64,000 bases of DNA, taken from NCBI RefSeq assembly GCF_023055435.1, contig NW_025963824.1, forward strand, positions 35,340,001 through 35,404,000, read 5' to 3'. The translations under genes were made by a program, and so were the position numbers. Positions 62,247 through 64,000 of the stretch are shown piece by piece. Within the stretch, counting starts at the first letter, position 1, and each line of letters begins with the position of its first letter. The notes beneath the pieces are model-generated. The model did not search any database. It saw only the letters and a list, made by a program, of their open reading frames with translations, and was not told where the DNA came from. Origin of the DNA: Haliotis rufescens (lineage: Eukaryota).

Positions 62247-62415
62247 GGGGCGGTCGGGTAGCCCAGTGGTTAAAGCGTTCGCTCGTCACGCCGAAGACTC
62301 GGGTTCGATTCCCGACATGGGTACAATGCGTGAAGCCCATTTCTTGTGTCCCCCGCCGTGATATTGCTGGAATATTGAAAAAGTGGCGTAAAACCCTACT
62401 CACTCACTCACTCAC
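62247..62415 (+). mobile_element. SINE family A, full length, 17-bp TSD
   Basis: TSD ctttgatacccgtatcg at 62231-62247 and 62415-62431. Confidence 0.95.
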
Positions 62416-64000
62416 TTTGATACCCGTATCGAATACATCACCATCCAATAGCCATATCATTTACAGCCACCGTCAAACATGGGTGTATACTTTGCCTTTC
62501 CAGCAGTTTACATTTCACCAATTGCATATTAATTTAGCTTTAAAATAGATAGGCAAATGTTTCGATTTAACAATCACAACAAGTAGTATCAATACCCAGT
62601 GAATATCAAAATAGATGTTGTTTGGAGTGCCAGGAAGACGACCCGTGACCGCTCCGTCATATTAACATCATCAGGGGACTGTTACCGGACAAATATATAT
62701 CGTAACCTCCACATGATAACGCCATTTCAAGCTCCTCGGACGCTGTATAAAGGAAACACGCTGACTTTGCCCAGATCCCTTGAGCAAAGCCCCACACAAA
62801 TTAGGCGCACAGAGATTCACCTCGTGGCGAGGCCCCCATGTGAGATATTAGGGGTTGAACCGCAGCACCCTCCCAGGGACATTGTTGTGACTAGTTGTGA
62901 TATGTTTTATGATGTTTTGAGATACGGTACAAGATTATATTAAAGGCACACTGCATATTTGCATCGCGAATGTTGATTTCTTTGTTTTCAAAACATGTTT
63001 GGATTGTGGGTGAATCTGTTTACGTTTTTTGTGCGGTAAATATTGAGAGGAGGGCTTGTTCGCGATGAGTTGGTGGAAATAATATATTTAACTCTTAAAT
63101 CCTTATCAAGAATGTGGTGCACGTCCAGATACCTCGGCGTCGTTTATATTTATGCCTGCGATTTCTACTTTTCGCAATGTCTTTATCAACGCTTTTGAGG
63201 AGAAATGGATTTATTTATTGTATATTGAGTTATATATTCACATAAATCGTTATAACAATACGGAATTGATATATTAGATATAAACAGTTTACTACATTCC
63301 AAACAATAGGTGATTTATCCTTTTTCAAGATAAAATAGTCAGTTCTATTTTTTAATCGTGTTTCATGTCTTTATTGTAGAGGTGCTTTTTAATCTGATTG
63401 TGTAGACAATCTAATCCATTTTGTTAGAAAAAAATAATATTTCTCTTTTAGTATTGCAAATGAAAGTATAAAGAACTTATAACAGGTTCAATGTAAAATG
63501 TGAATTTAAATCATACAAACAGTCTGCTATGAAATCGGATTTCGGATATGGTTCTTCTTTCAAGTTTTGAAGGTCACGGGGTCGGAAATTGAGTTCCGAA
63601 CAATACATCACCCAGCTATGTTTAATAGAAAACCGATCCGTTACACTGCCCTCTGTACGCTATGTTTGTTACAGGACATTGTATGGTTGACAGGGCGTTC
63701 AACTCATTTCTGTTTGGCCATTTGTCTTCCTTTTTAACATTCTCGGAGAGCACAGTGGAGTTGGCACCAGTAATCTGTCAAACTTATTTGATAAAATCTT
63801 CTGGAAGAACCTAAAAGATATTGTTTTTATGGAGATTGGTACTGCAGTGTCGTGCTATAAGGAACATCTGCTGTGAAGGCTTTTGTTGAAGAATGTTGCA
63901 TTGATGTTTATTTGTATTGGTACGACGAAGTGCAGCAGAGAGTCGTTCTTCCTAAGTTGGATGTTTTTCCTGTCTTGTTTGTTTGTTGTTTAACGCCATA

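Overview
Repeat-rich, apparently intergenic or intronic animal DNA with two assembly gaps. The SINE repertoire suggests a mollusc, probably an abalone-like gastropod (from my recollection of the families, not a search). No recognisable intact protein-coding gene, rRNA, true tRNA or CRISPR array is present; almost all long ORFs are translations of tandem repeats. Contents: (i) four kb-scale minisatellites (31, 37, 39 and 21 bp units) plus many smaller arrays; (ii) four retroposon families: A, a young tRNA-Asp-like SINE with TSDs; B, a Meta-type SINE; D, a V-SINE-like element; and C, a non-tRNA element whose 5' head folds into a pseudoknotted three-way junction (candidate ribozyme or structured RNA). 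A, C and D share one 3' tail. (iii) A decayed minus-strand ORF (about 29.5-30.9 kb) encoding charged 27-aa repeats, with almost exclusively TGA stops, next to a CRE/E-box/TATA cluster. (iv) A 4.1-kb Thr-rich mucin-like ORF whose coding status is doubtful. (v) Repeat-free islands dense in homeodomain-type motifs.
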